From the NCBI GenBank assembly GCA_963842205.1, contig CAWJFR010000005.1, positions 122,932-186,931 on the forward strand: DNA of 64,000 bases, given 5' to 3'. This DNA is from an uncultured Solirubrobacterales bacterium (GTDB taxonomy: Bacteria > Actinomycetota > Thermoleophilia > Solirubrobacterales > Solirubrobacteraceae). Position 1 is the stretch's first letter. Every line of letters starts with the position of its first letter. Below, one piece after another: positions 41,608 to 51,182 of this stretch. Both the position numbers and the translations under genes were made by a program. Under the pieces are notes generated by a model. It was not told where the DNA came from and ran no database searches. It saw only the letters and a program-made list of their open reading frames with translations.

Positions 41608-42860
41608 AGAAAACATTGTCCCTCACCACGGTAGGTCGGCACCTCCTCAACGATCCGCTCGCCTTCGAGCAGGTACAGGCTGGCGAAGCGCTCGCACAGC
41701 TCGCCAGCCTTTGCGTGGCGCAGATAGACGCGCTCGCCGAGCGAGAGTGTGTCCGCGCGGGCGCCGAGCAGCGGCGTCTGCACCTCGCCGGCGCCCTCCT
41801 GAGAATCCAAGCGCAGTCCCGCCGGCAGGTGCGGGCGCGGCAGGCGGGCCCGATCAGCGGGTCCGGAGGCCAGGTAGCCCCCGCCCAGCGCCGTGACCAC
41901 CCCGGGCTCGGGACGGCGCACGACGGGCAGCGCGAACAGCGCGGCGGGACGGGGTGTGAACGCGCGGTAGGCATCGAACAGGCCGGGGCCATACAGCCCC
42001 GAGCCGGCCGTCACCTCGGTGACGGCCCCCTCCGCGGCCGTCGACTCGAGACTGCCGGTCCCGCCGCCGTTGACGAACTCAAGCGGCGGCGACGAAGACT
42101 CTCCGATCGTCTGTTGCACCGCGGCCACCGTCGCGGCACGGCGCACAGCCAGCTCGCGCGCGGAGAGCGCCTGCATCGCCCGGATCCCACGGGCGCGCAG
42201 CCGAGGGCCGATTCCCAGACCAGGTGGGCGAGGGCCGACTTCATTGCCGAGGCCAGCGATCTGCGCCTCATAGGACATGATCCCCACGAGTGCCAGACCG
42301 TCACGGGCGAGAATGGCGCGCGCCAGCGTGACGGCCTGCTCGGGAGTGTGGACGGGCGAGCGCTTGGCGCCGATGCGCACGTGGCCGCCGAGTGTCCACC
42401 AGCCCCCATCGAGATCGATGCATACGCGCAGCGCGGCGGCGTCGCGGTCACGCTGCGTACGCTCGAGCGCGCGATCGATCAGGTCGAGCTGCTCGGTGCT
42501 GTCGAGCATCACCGTCACGCGCGCCATGGGTCGTTCCGCGGTGAGCGCGGCAAGTGCTCGGAGCGCCCGCCGGTCGGCGGTCGGGTAGGCCACGACCAAG
42601 TCCTCGGCGCCGTGGGCGGCCAGCCAGAGGGCCTCCGGGAGCGTGAAAGCGAGCGTGCCGGCGAACCCGGGACGGGCGAGCACACGTTCCTGCAAAGCAC
42701 GGCAGCGAACGGACTTGCTCGCCAAGCGAATCGGCTTGGGGGCGGCGCGGCGCACGAGATCCTCGGCGTTGGCCCACAGCGCGTCGAGGTCGATGACCGC
42801 GAACGGCGCCTCCAGGTCCGCGGTGGCCCGCTGCAAGCGCTCGTATGCCGCGTCAGCCAT
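41604..42860 (-). CDS. Alanine-racemase-fold PLP protein (DSD1/amino acid deaminase-aldolase-like)
   Basis: IRLASKSVRC, AKRSP, MSYEAQIAG, NGGGTGS, RHAKAGELCE, TYRGEG. Confidence 0.88.
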   Translation of the reverse strand: MADAAYERLQRATADLEAPFAVIDLDALWANAEDLVRRAAPKPIRLASKSVRCRALQERVLARPGFAGTLAFTLPEALWLAAHGAEDLVVAYPTADRRALRALAALTAERPMARVTVMLDSTEQLDLIDRALERTQRDRDAAALRVCIDLDGGWWTLGGHVRIGAKRSPVHTPEQAVTLARAILARDGLALVGIMSYEAQIAGLGNEVGPRPPGLGIGPRLRARGIRAMQALSARELAVRRAATVAAVQQTIGESSSPPLEFVNGGGTGSLESTAAEGAVTEVTAGSGLYGPGLFDAYRAFTPRPAALFALPVVRRPEPGVVTALGGGYLASGPADRARLPRPHLPAGLRLDSQEGAGEVQTPLLGARADTLSLGERVYLRHAKAGELCERFASLYLLEGERIVEEVPTYRGEGQCFL

Positions 42861-44214
42861 CGGCAGGGGTGGTTGGCTGGATAGGGCGGACAGGTCCCAG
42901 AACCCGGTCGGTCCAAGCGTTGGCAAAGCGTCCCGCGGGGTCGAGCCGGGCGCGGACGGCTTGGAAGCGGTCCCAGTCGGGATAGCGCGAGCGCAGCGTG
43001 GCGGCGGTCTGGAAGTGGCGCTTGCCCCAGTGCGGACGCCCACCGAGCTCGTCCATGATCGCCTCGACGGCACGGAAGTATGGCTCCCACTCCATGCCGC
43101 GGTACATGTGGACCGCGACGAAGCCGCTGTCGCGGCCGGCCGCGGTGCTGAGCAGCGCATCATCGGGCGCGACCGTGCGCACCTCGATCGGGAACGGCAC
43201 GGCGAAGTTGCGGCTCCGAACAAGCGCCATGATGCGGTTGACCGCCTCGGGTGTGCGCTCGCGCGGCAGCGCGTACTCCATCTCGGTGAAGCGCACCAAC
43301 CGCGGACTAGCGAAGATGCGATCGGAGCGATCGACGCGTGTGGCGGCACCGGCGAGGCGGGTGACGAGGCGGTTGAGTTGCGGAATGCGCCGCGGGAAGC
43401 GACGTCCGGCGCGGCAGAACAGCTCGAAGGCGTGATTGGTGAGCAGCACGTCGTTGGCGTAGGCGCTGACCCGGCCACGCGGGCGCGGAGGCTGATCGGT
43501 GCGGTTGTTGGTGCGCGTGAGCGCGGTATCGGCGTGCGGGAAGACGAAGAACTCGAAGTGGTCGTTGCCGAGCGCCAGCTCCTCAAAGCGCTCCAGCGTG
43601 TCGTGCAGCGGGGCGGGAGCATCGACGCCGCGCAGGGTGAAGGCGGGGACACAACGGAGGGTGACCTCGGCGATCACCCCGAGTGCGCCGAGACCGACGC
43701 GCGCGGCGCGGAATACCTCGGCGTCGATCTCCTCGGCGCAGCGCAGGCTCGAGCCGTCGGCGAGCACGAGCGTGAGCTCGGCCACCTGCGCGGAGATGTT
43801 GCGCAGGCGAGCGCCGGTCCCGTGTGTCGCCGTGGAGATCGCGCCGGCGATGCTCTGGACGTCGATGTCCCCGAGATTCTCCAGCGCGAGCCGGTGCTCG
43901 ACCAGGCGCAGATTCAGCTCACGGATCGTGATTCCCCCCTGCACGCGCACCAACCCCGAAGAACGATCAACGTCGAGCACACGTGTGAGTCGCTCAAGGC
44001 GTAGATGAGAGCCCTCGGTGAGGGCGATATCGCTGAAAGAGTGCCCGGCGCCGGCCACGCGCAGGCGGCGATCGTGCGCTGCGGCGCGGACTAGCGCTTC
44101 TGATATCTCCTCGGTCGAGCCGGGGAGCTCGACGGCCGCGGGATGGCAGGATTGATCGCTGGCCCAGTTGCACCAGTTGACGGCGCGCTTGTGCGGATCG
44201 TTAGGCTCGCTCAT
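42853..44214 (-). CDS. FAD-linked lactone oxidase (D-arabinono/L-gulono-1,4-lactone oxidase family)
   Basis: GAGHSFS, QSIAGAISTATHGTG, FPIEVR, GRPHWGK. Confidence 0.92.
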   Translation of the reverse strand: MSEPNDPHKRAVNWCNWASDQSCHPAAVELPGSTEEISEALVRAAAHDRRLRVAGAGHSFSDIALTEGSHLRLERLTRVLDVDRSSGLVRVQGGITIRELNLRLVEHRLALENLGDIDVQSIAGAISTATHGTGARLRNISAQVAELTLVLADGSSLRCAEEIDAEVFRAARVGLGALGVIAEVTLRCVPAFTLRGVDAPAPLHDTLERFEELALGNDHFEFFVFPHADTALTRTNNRTDQPPRPRGRVSAYANDVLLTNHAFELFCRAGRRFPRRIPQLNRLVTRLAGAATRVDRSDRIFASPRLVRFTEMEYALPRERTPEAVNRIMALVRSRNFAVPFPIEVRTVAPDDALLSTAAGRDSGFVAVHMYRGMEWEPYFRAVEAIMDELGGRPHWGKRHFQTAATLRSRYPDWDRFQAVRARLDPAGRFANAWTDRVLGPVRPIQPTTPADG

Positions 44215-44217
44215 CAG

Positions 44218-45393
44218 ATGACCGAACCCGAGCCTACTGCGACCCCAGGTGCGTCGGGCGCCGTCATACCCGCAAACCCTGTTGCACCCGTAAGTCCAGC
44301 CGTCCGCGCCTCGCGCGCCCGTTCGCTGCCCACGCCGGGCGCGAGGCGCGCGACCGTGATCGGGGCTGGCTCGTTTGGAACGGCGCTCGCCGTGCTGCTT
44401 GCTCGGGGCGGCCTGCGTACGACACTCCAGGCGCGCACCATCGAGCAGGCCCGATGCTTGGAGGAGGATCGCGAGAACCGGGCCTACCTGCCGGGCGTGG
44501 AGCTGCCCACCCAGCTGCGTATCGAGCCGGCCTCCGCCGGGGTGACACGCGCCGACTACGTGTTCCTGGCCGTACCGTCCAGCGGACTGGGCGAGGTGAT
44601 CGCGGCGCTCGGTGACGCTGGCCTGGACAAACGCGCGGCGGTGGTATCCGTCGCCAAGGGGCTCGTCCCACCTGAAGGACTGCCGCCCACGATCGTCCTC
44701 AGTGCGCGGTTCGGTCCCCACCGGATCGCGTGCCTGGGTGGACCGGCGCACGCCCAGGAGATGGTGCATGAGGGCGCGGGGCTGGTGGCGGCCTCCAGCG
44801 AGGAGGAGCTCGCGCGCGCCCTCGCGCAGGTGTTCACGCGCGCGGGGGTCGTCTGTGAGCAGTCCAACGATCCTTTGGGCGTCGAGTTGGCGGGCGCCGC
44901 CAAGAACGCAGCGGCGCTGGCCGCGGGAGCCACCGAGGCGCAAGGCCTAAACGCTGCTGGGGCGGCCGCCGGGCACATCTTCGCCGAGGTGTGGCGCTAC
45001 GCCGAGGGGCTGGGCGCGCGCCCAGAGTCGATGATCGGACTGGCCGGCGCGGGTGATCTGGTCGCCACGGCCCTCGCACGCGAGAGTCGCAACCGCCGTG
45101 CGGGTGAGCTGCTGGCCGCGGGCGTGCCCGCGGCGGAGATCCCCGCGCGCATCGGCCAGGCGGTCGAGGCGCTCGAGTCGGTACCGCTGCTGGCGCGCGC
45201 GCTAGAGGCGGCGGGCGTCGGCGCGCCGGTCACGAGCGCCCTCGGCCGCCTGATCTCGGGGGAGCTTCCGCTGGATGACTGGGTGGCGCTGGTGCGGGCA
45301 ACGGTGCCACCGCCGGCGCTCTGGCGCAGACGGGTGGGCCGGTATCGAACAGGGTTCTGGCGACGCGCATGGCGTTGGGCGACGGGAAAGTAG
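44218..45393 (+). CDS. gpsA: NAD(P)H-dependent glycerol-3-phosphate dehydrogenase
   Basis: GAGSFGTALA, YLPG, AKG, GPAHA, AAKN, GLAGAGDL, SRNRRAG. Confidence 0.9.
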   Translation: MTEPEPTATPGASGAVIPANPVAPVSPAVRASRARSLPTPGARRATVIGAGSFGTALAVLLARGGLRTTLQARTIEQARCLEEDRENRAYLPGVELPTQLRIEPASAGVTRADYVFLAVPSSGLGEVIAALGDAGLDKRAAVVSVAKGLVPPEGLPPTIVLSARFGPHRIACLGGPAHAQEMVHEGAGLVAASSEEELARALAQVFTRAGVVCEQSNDPLGVELAGAAKNAAALAAGATEAQGLNAAGAAAGHIFAEVWRYAEGLGARPESMIGLAGAGDLVATALARESRNRRAGELLAAGVPAAEIPARIGQAVEALESVPLLARALEAAGVGAPVTSALGRLISGELPLDDWVALVRATVPPPALWRRRVGRYRTGFWRRAWRWATGK

Positions 45394-45462
45394 GCCCCAA
45401 AGCCCGGCCGACCCAACCTAATAGTGGCGGGGGAGTTTGTTCTTCCTTTTTACTGCGTATAT

Positions 45463-45491
45463 CTATGGTATACATAACGTAGATACCATAG
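45463..45491. promoter_or_regulatory. AT-rich inverted repeat CTATGGTAT-N11-ATACCATAG (putative operator)
   Basis: Perfect 9-bp arms in a markedly AT-rich patch just upstream of the RBS (GGAAGGAG) of the RHH gene. Confidence 0.65.
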
Positions 45492-45517
45492 CTCTCACGC
45501 TCTAGGAAGGAGACCAC

Positions 45518-45820
45518 ATGCCCCAGCCCGCAAAGAAAAAAGCCAAGTCCACCGACACGTTCGATCCCACCGCGAAATTGACGGTCGATCCCGACGAGTT
45601 CCTCGCGCAGGAGGCCCACCGCGAGAAGAACCTGCGCATACAGGATCTCCTACGCCCGGGACGCACAACTCCGATCGCGATCCGCTTCGACCAGTTCACG
45701 CTCAAACGGCTGAAGTCGCTCGCAGCGCTGCGCAACACCGGCTACCAAACGCTGCTCAAGGAATTCATCGTCGAACGCCTCTATGAGGAGGAGAAGCGCG
45801 AGGGCATCATCAAGTCATGA
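45518..45820 (+). CDS. BrnA/CopG-like ribbon-helix-helix protein (orphan antitoxin-like)
   Basis: IAIRFD..TLKRLKSLA....GYQTLLKEFI pattern; strong RBS. Confidence 0.75.
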   Translation: MPQPAKKKAKSTDTFDPTAKLTVDPDEFLAQEAHREKNLRIQDLLRPGRTTPIAIRFDQFTLKRLKSLAALRNTGYQTLLKEFIVERLYEEEKREGIIKS

Positions 45821-46679
45821 GCGTGCTCAACACGGCCTCGTAAACGCCCGCGCCATGTCCGGCCTCGGTGACGCGCGCGTTCTCGTATTGGGTTAGCACG
45901 TCGCGGATCGACGGATCGCGCTTCATCCCGTTTGCCACCAGCCAGAAGACATTCACCTGCTCCGCGCACGCGAGGTCCTCGCGCGAGTCGCCCACCGCGA
46001 AGCACTCCTCGCGGGCATAGCCACGCGCGCGACTGTGCCAAGCAACTGCGCCCGCCTTCGAAGCGCCGGTAGGCAGCAGGTGGTAGCCACGCACGTGCTC
46101 CAGCTCCGCGAGCGCGGGTGAGCGGCGGTTCACCACGCCGTTGTCCACCAGTCGCAGGTCCCCGTGGCCGTGCGCCTGGAGCAGCGCGTCTACCTCGAAG
46201 GCGTCCACCAAGCCGCGGAACAGGTGCGAGACCTCGCGCTCGGTGTGCCACGGCTCGTGGTACTCCAAGCGACCCGCGTAGCGCTCCAACAGTAGTTCCG
46301 GCGCGCCCGAGCGCTCGATCTGCTCGGCGATGCTCAGCTCGCCCGGCAGCAGATCTCCCGTCAGCCACTGCTCCTCCCCATCGAGCACGACGCAGGCGCC
46401 GGCCTCGTAGATGTAGGAGCTCTGTCCGAGCAGCCGCGCATCCTCGAACACCTGCGCGCGCCGGCGCCCTGACATCAGCACCACCTCCACATCAGCACGC
46501 AGGCACGCCTGCACCGCGCGCACCCCCTCGATCGACACGTTGCCCTCACCATCGCGCAGCAGCGAAGCGCCCCTCCCGAGCAGCGTGCCGTCGAGGTCGA
46601 GGTACAGAGCGCGCGTCCGCACCGGGGAAACACGGTCGTTGCCGCCTTCTTCGCGGTGATCAATGTCGGCGTAGTCCAT
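45810..46679 (-). CDS. HAD-superfamily hydrolase (Cof-like)
   Basis: LDLDGTL, MSGR, SK, GDSREDL; true start may be about 46622. Confidence 0.85.
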   Translation of the reverse strand: MDYADIDHREEGGNDRVSPVRTRALYLDLDGTLLGRGASLLRDGEGNVSIEGVRAVQACLRADVEVVLMSGRRRAQVFEDARLLGQSSYIYEAGACVVLDGEEQWLTGDLLPGELSIAEQIERSGAPELLLERYAGRLEYHEPWHTEREVSHLFRGLVDAFEVDALLQAHGHGDLRLVDNGVVNRRSPALAELEHVRGYHLLPTGASKAGAVAWHSRARGYAREECFAVGDSREDLACAEQVNVFWLVANGMKRDPSIRDVLTQYENARVTEAGHGAGVYEAVLSTLMT

Positions 46680-46699
46680 CGCCTCTACTATCGCAAGCG

Positions 46700-49120
46700 G
46701 TGGCCCTGCAACGCACGATCGAGCCCTGGAGCGCGCTGCTGGACGAGGCGCGCGAGGATGGACGGCTCGTGCGCGAGGCGCGCGAAGGACCTGGCCGAGC
46801 CAAGCTCGTGGAGCCGCCTGCGGAGTTGCATCCAGAGGTGCTCGCGGCGCTCGAGCGGATGGCGGTCGAGCGCCTCTACTCCCACCAAGCGGAGGCGATC
46901 TACTCCTCGTGGGACGGCCCGACGATCGTCACCACCGGCACCGCCTCGGGCAAGTCGATGTGCTTCAACCTACCCACGCTCGACGTGCTCTGCCGCGACA
47001 CCAAAGCGCGCGCGCTCTATCTGTACCCAACGAAGGCGCTCGCCCAGGACCAGGCCCGCGCGCTCTCGGCCTTCGGTCTCACCAAGCGAGTCCGCCCGGC
47101 GATCTATGACGGCGACACGCCGCGCGAGGCGCGCGCGGACATCCGCCGGCGGGCGAACATCGTGCTCACCAACCCCGACATGCTCCACGTCGGCATCCTG
47201 CCCAACCACGCCGCCTGGGCCGAACTGTTCGCGAACCTCGCGATTGTCGTAGTCGACGAGGCCCACGTCTACCGCGGCGTGTTCGGCTCGCACGTAGCGA
47301 ACGTTCTGCGCAGGCTGCGCCGGATCGCGGCGGCCTACGGCACGACCCCGCGCTTCCTGCTCACCTCGGCCACGATCGCCAACCCGATCGAGCTGGCCGA
47401 GCGCCTCACGGGCCTGGAGGACGTCAGCCTGATCGACGCGGACGGCTCGCCGGCGCCTGGCCGGCAGATCGCGATCTGGAATCCGCCGCTGACCGACGAG
47501 GCGCTGGGCAAGCGCCGCTCGGCGCTCGCGGAGGCAGCTGAGCTGCTCGCGCGGCTCGTGCGCGACGGCGCGCGGCTGATCTGCTTCATGAAGTCACGCA
47601 AGGGCGTCGAGGTGCTGCACAAGCTGCTCGTCGCCGATTTGGAGGGAGCCGACCGACCGAACTCCGACCCCGAGCTTGCCAAGCTCGTGGTCCCCTACCG
47701 CGCCGGCTACACCTCCCAGCAGCGTCGCGAGCTCGAGGGCCGCCTGGTCCGCGGCGAGCTGCGCGCGGTGATCACGACCGACGCCCTGGAGCTCGGCATC
47801 GACATCGGCGAGCTCGACGCCGCCGTGGTCGTCACCTTCCCCGGGACCGTCGCCTCGCTGCGCCAGATGTGGGGCCGGGCCGGGCGGCGCGGGCGGGGTC
47901 TGGCGGTGTACGTCGCGGGCGAGGACGCGCTCGACCAGTTTTTCTGCCGCCATCCCGACGATTTCTTGGAGCGTCCCGTCGAGGCCGCGATCCTCGACCA
48001 CGAGAGCCCGGAGATCTTCCGCCGGCACCTGCTCTGCGCCGCGCACGAGGGGCCTCTGTCGAGCGAGGACGCCGAGTTCCTCGGGTCGCGCTGGGAGGCT
48101 CACGCCGAGGTCTTGCTCAGCGCCGGTGAGCTGCGCCATCGCCGGGGGAGCGCACCGGACACCTACGTTCCCCGCCACCCCAGCGGATACCCCGCGGCGG
48201 AGGTCTCGCTGCGCTCGGCCTCCCCTGAGAGCTTTGCGATCATCGACGTCGCCTCCGGCGAGCTGCTCGGCTCGACGGAGGCCGCTCGCGCCCATTCGAC
48301 CGTGCACGAGGGCGCGATCTACCTGCACCTCGGGCGCTCCTACGAGGTGCGCGAGCTCGACCTGCAACACCGCCGCGCACTCGTCGCGCCATTTGACGGC
48401 GATTGGTACACGCAGCCCAAGCGCGAGACCGACACCACCATCGAGCGCCTGCTCGACCGCCGCGAGACGCTCGGGGTGACCCTCAGCTTCGGCGAGGTTG
48501 CCGTCACCGACACCGTGCTCGCCTACCAGCGCAAGCGTGCGGCGGACAACGCGTTTCTCGACCTCGTGGGGCTCGATCTGCCACCCACGAGCTTCTCCAC
48601 GCAGGCACTGTGGTTCGAGCTGCACTCCGCCGAGCTGGGGCTGGGTGACGCGATCCCCCTAGAGGCGCTGCTCGGCGCGCTGCACGCGACCGAGCACGCG
48701 CAGATCGCCGTGCTGCCGCTGATCGCGATGTGCGACCGCTGGGACATCGGCGGACTGTCCACCAACCTGCACCCGCAAACCGGCGGCGCCACGATCTTCA
48801 TCTACGACGGGCACCCCGGCGGCATCGGCATCACACGCACCGCCTTCACGCGCTTCGAGGAGCTCTGCAATGACGCGCACCGCCTGATCTCCGAGTGCCC
48901 CTGCGCCACTGGCTGCCCTTCGTGCATCCAGTCACCGAAGTGCGGCAACCTCAACGAACCGCTCTCCAAGACGGGCGCGCGCCTGTTGCTGGAGCGGATG
49001 CTCGGCGCGGTTGAGGGCGACGGTGGGGGCGGCGATCCGGGCGCAAGCGAGCGGGCATCCGCGAGCAAGCGGGTGGAGGGACGCCGCTCCGAACGCGCCG
49101 CGCCGTTGTTGAAGGCATAG
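46700..49120 (+). CDS. DEAD/DEAH helicase with DUF1998 Zn-binding C-terminus (MrfA/Hrq1/SftH type)
   Basis: TGTASGKS, PTKALAQDQ, DEAH, SATIAN, ELGIDIG, QMWGRAGR, CPCATGCPSCIQSPKCGN; start re-called at GTG 46700. Confidence 0.93.
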   Translation: MALQRTIEPWSALLDEAREDGRLVREAREGPGRAKLVEPPAELHPEVLAALERMAVERLYSHQAEAIYSSWDGPTIVTTGTASGKSMCFNLPTLDVLCRDTKARALYLYPTKALAQDQARALSAFGLTKRVRPAIYDGDTPREARADIRRRANIVLTNPDMLHVGILPNHAAWAELFANLAIVVVDEAHVYRGVFGSHVANVLRRLRRIAAAYGTTPRFLLTSATIANPIELAERLTGLEDVSLIDADGSPAPGRQIAIWNPPLTDEALGKRRSALAEAAELLARLVRDGARLICFMKSRKGVEVLHKLLVADLEGADRPNSDPELAKLVVPYRAGYTSQQRRELEGRLVRGELRAVITTDALELGIDIGELDAAVVVTFPGTVASLRQMWGRAGRRGRGLAVYVAGEDALDQFFCRHPDDFLERPVEAAILDHESPEIFRRHLLCAAHEGPLSSEDAEFLGSRWEAHAEVLLSAGELRHRRGSAPDTYVPRHPSGYPAAEVSLRSASPESFAIIDVASGELLGSTEAARAHSTVHEGAIYLHLGRSYEVRELDLQHRRALVAPFDGDWYTQPKRETDTTIERLLDRRETLGVTLSFGEVAVTDTVLAYQRKRAADNAFLDLVGLDLPPTSFSTQALWFELHSAELGLGDAIPLEALLGALHATEHAQIAVLPLIAMCDRWDIGGLSTNLHPQTGGATIFIYDGHPGGIGITRTAFTRFEELCNDAHRLISECPCATGCPSCIQSPKCGNLNEPLSKTGARLLLERMLGAVEGDGGGGDPGASERASASKRVEGRRSERAAPLLKA

Positions 49121-49122
49121 TC

Positions 49123-50157
49123 ATGCTTCGGCCCACCAAGCAGGCGGCGCTCGGCGTCGTGCTGGCCTGTCTCGCGCTGGGCGGCTTAGGCTCGATGGCG
49201 GCGGGGGCGGCTGCGGGGGTGGGGTCGGCGTCGGGTGCACCGGCTGCGGCGGCCGGGGCGGTTTCGGCCGCGGGGGCAGGGGTCTCGGCAGTCGCCGGCT
49301 TCCAGTTCGGGCTTGCCGACTACGAACCGGCGACGTTCTCAGATCCACGGGTCGCCGAGCTCGGGGTCCGCAACGCGCGTGATGTCGTGCCCTGGAACGT
49401 GGTGGCGGTCCCGCGCGATCTTGCGGCCGTGAGCGCCTGGCTGGCCGCCGTCAGGCGCGCCGGGATCACGCCGCTGATCACCTTCCAGCACGCCGACGGC
49501 AATGACCGCGCGCCGACCCAGGCGCAATTCCTGAAGGACTTCCTGCGCTTCCGTGCGCTTTTCCCTTGGGTCAGCGAGTTCTGTCCCTGGAACGAGGCCA
49601 CGCACGCGGGGCAGCCGACCGCGCGCCATCCCAAGCTCGCTGCCCAGTACTACAACGCGATCGCCTCCCACTGCTCCGGCTGCATGGTCACAGCACCGGA
49701 CACGCTCGACGCCGACGGCGACATCGAGCGCTGGATCAGCCAGTTCCTGCGCAGCGCCCACCCCTATCCCAAGATCTGGCCGCTGAACCCCTACATCAGC
49801 GTCTCCACGGACAACTCGCGCGCGATCCGCCGGCTCCTGTCCTACGTCCACGGCCAGGTCTGGTTCAGCGAGGTCGGCGGCATCGTCTGGTGGCGCTTCC
49901 ACGGCAAGCTGATCTACCACGGCGTCGCCTACGCGGCCAAAGTCGCCAAGAACATCTTCAAGCTCGCCGCGATCAGCCCGCGGATCACGCGCGTCTACTA
50001 CTACCATTGGCGCTCACCTGGGACTCCCCAGACCGCGAAGAAGTCGACCTGGGACGCGGGGCTCGTCAGTGCGAGCGGCGTCGCGCGACCCGCGCTGCTC
50101 GTCGTCGCGAAAGCTCTCCACCGTCAGCTTCAGACGGCGACACCGGCGACTTTCTAG
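49123..50157 (+). CDS. Secreted clan GH-A-like glycoside hydrolase (paralog 1)
   Basis: Signal peptide, A/G linker, PWNEAT acid/base-like, WFSEVGG nucleophile-like, WDAGL. Confidence 0.65.
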   Translation: MLRPTKQAALGVVLACLALGGLGSMAAGAAAGVGSASGAPAAAAGAVSAAGAGVSAVAGFQFGLADYEPATFSDPRVAELGVRNARDVVPWNVVAVPRDLAAVSAWLAAVRRAGITPLITFQHADGNDRAPTQAQFLKDFLRFRALFPWVSEFCPWNEATHAGQPTARHPKLAAQYYNAIASHCSGCMVTAPDTLDADGDIERWISQFLRSAHPYPKIWPLNPYISVSTDNSRAIRRLLSYVHGQVWFSEVGGIVWWRFHGKLIYHGVAYAAKVAKNIFKLAAISPRITRVYYYHWRSPGTPQTAKKSTWDAGLVSASGVARPALLVVAKALHRQLQTATPATF

Positions 50158-51182
50158 CCGGCGACATCGGGTTGCTCCAAACGCCAGGCACGTCCCGGAC
50201 CGGGACGGCGGGCGTTGTAGTGCAGCAGCACCGCGCCGACGAGCACGAACGGGATGAAGTTCACCGCGTGCAGCACGAGCGCATACGGCAGCGCCGAGGA
50301 GTGGGGCACGCGGAAGGCCTTCAGCGCGATCAGCGCCGCCCCCTCGAACACGCCGACGGCACCCGGCGGCGAGGGCAGGATCATGCCGAGCCCGACCGCG
50401 ACGACGACGAGCACCCCGCAGGCGAACGACAGATGCAAGTGAAAGGACAAGGTCACGATATAGGCGCACAGCGCCGAGAGCATCCAAGCAAGAACGGTCC
50501 ACAGAAAAGCCTCAAGCGCCACCGTCCCGTGGCGCAGGCCGCTGAGGCCGTGCGTCAGCTCATCGACTGTTCGATCCAGCCGAGTGCCTGAGAACCACGC
50601 AAACCTCTTCAGTGGACGTAACAGTAGGCGCAACGAACGATCGCCATATACCGCCAGCACCGTCGCGGCGGTGGCGATCAGCCCCGCCAGCACGATCGCG
50701 GCGAGCGCCGCGGCCCCGAACCAGCTCACGTGGGGCAGCCACGGCTCGGCGGCGAAGAAGATCACCAGAATCACAACCACGTCGTACAGCCGCTCGAGCA
50801 CGACGGTCCCGACGATCTCCACCGCGGGAGCGGAGCTGCGCTGCTTGAGCACCAGCACGCGGGCCGCTTCTCCCGCGCGCGCGGGCAGGATGCTGTTGTA
50901 GAAGTAGCCAACCATCATCGCGTTCAAAACAACCACCCTTGGGGGCCGGCGGCCGGAGGCGAACAGCGAGCGCCAGCGCAGCCCACGGGCCACGTTCCCC
51001 AGCCCGAAGGCGACGAGCGCCGGGATCAGCCACAAATAGTCGCTCGTGCGCAGCGCATGCCATGCCTGCCCCAGTTTGATGCCGCTAAGAGCTATGTAGG
51101 AGAAGAACACGGTGACCACAACCGTCACCACGTTGATCAGCAGCCGTGATCGCCGCGGGACTTTCAAGCTGACTCTCGCCAC
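50154..51182 (-). CDS. Lysylphosphatidylglycerol-synthase TM-domain (flippase-like, UPF0104) protein
   Basis: RW, N.ILPARAGE..R, ERLYD, PSPPGAVGVFE; multiple TM helices; start approximate. Confidence 0.85.
   Translation of the reverse strand: MARVSLKVPRRSRLLINVVTVVVTVFFSYIALSGIKLGQAWHALRTSDYLWLIPALVAFGLGNVARGLRWRSLFASGRRPPRVVVLNAMMVGYFYNSILPARAGEAARVLVLKQRSSAPAVEIVGTVVLERLYDVVVILVIFFAAEPWLPHVSWFGAAALAAIVLAGLIATAATVLAVYGDRSLRLLLRPLKRFAWFSGTRLDRTVDELTHGLSGLRHGTVALEAFLWTVLAWMLSALCAYIVTLSFHLHLSFACGVLVVVAVGLGMILPSPPGAVGVFEGAALIALKAFRVPHSSALPYALVLHAVNFIPFVLVGAVLLHYNARRPGPGRAWRLEQPDVAG

Noticed and set aside
41604-44943. Long ORF-track calls of 682 aa and 696 aa
   Set aside because: Spurious upstream extensions typical of high-GC DNA; motif-supported starts are 42860 and 44214
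46118-46699. N-terminal ~190 aa of the 1000-aa helicase ORF
   Set aside because: Antisense shadow of the HAD gene; start at GTG 46700 after TACTAT
46700-49120. DUF1998 helicase as DISARM or Druantia defence
   Set aside because: Single-chain MrfA/Hrq1-type with no drm, methylase or nuclease partners nearby
49190-49295. G-rich repeat in GH paralog 1
   Set aside because: Explained as an Ala/Gly linker after the signal peptide
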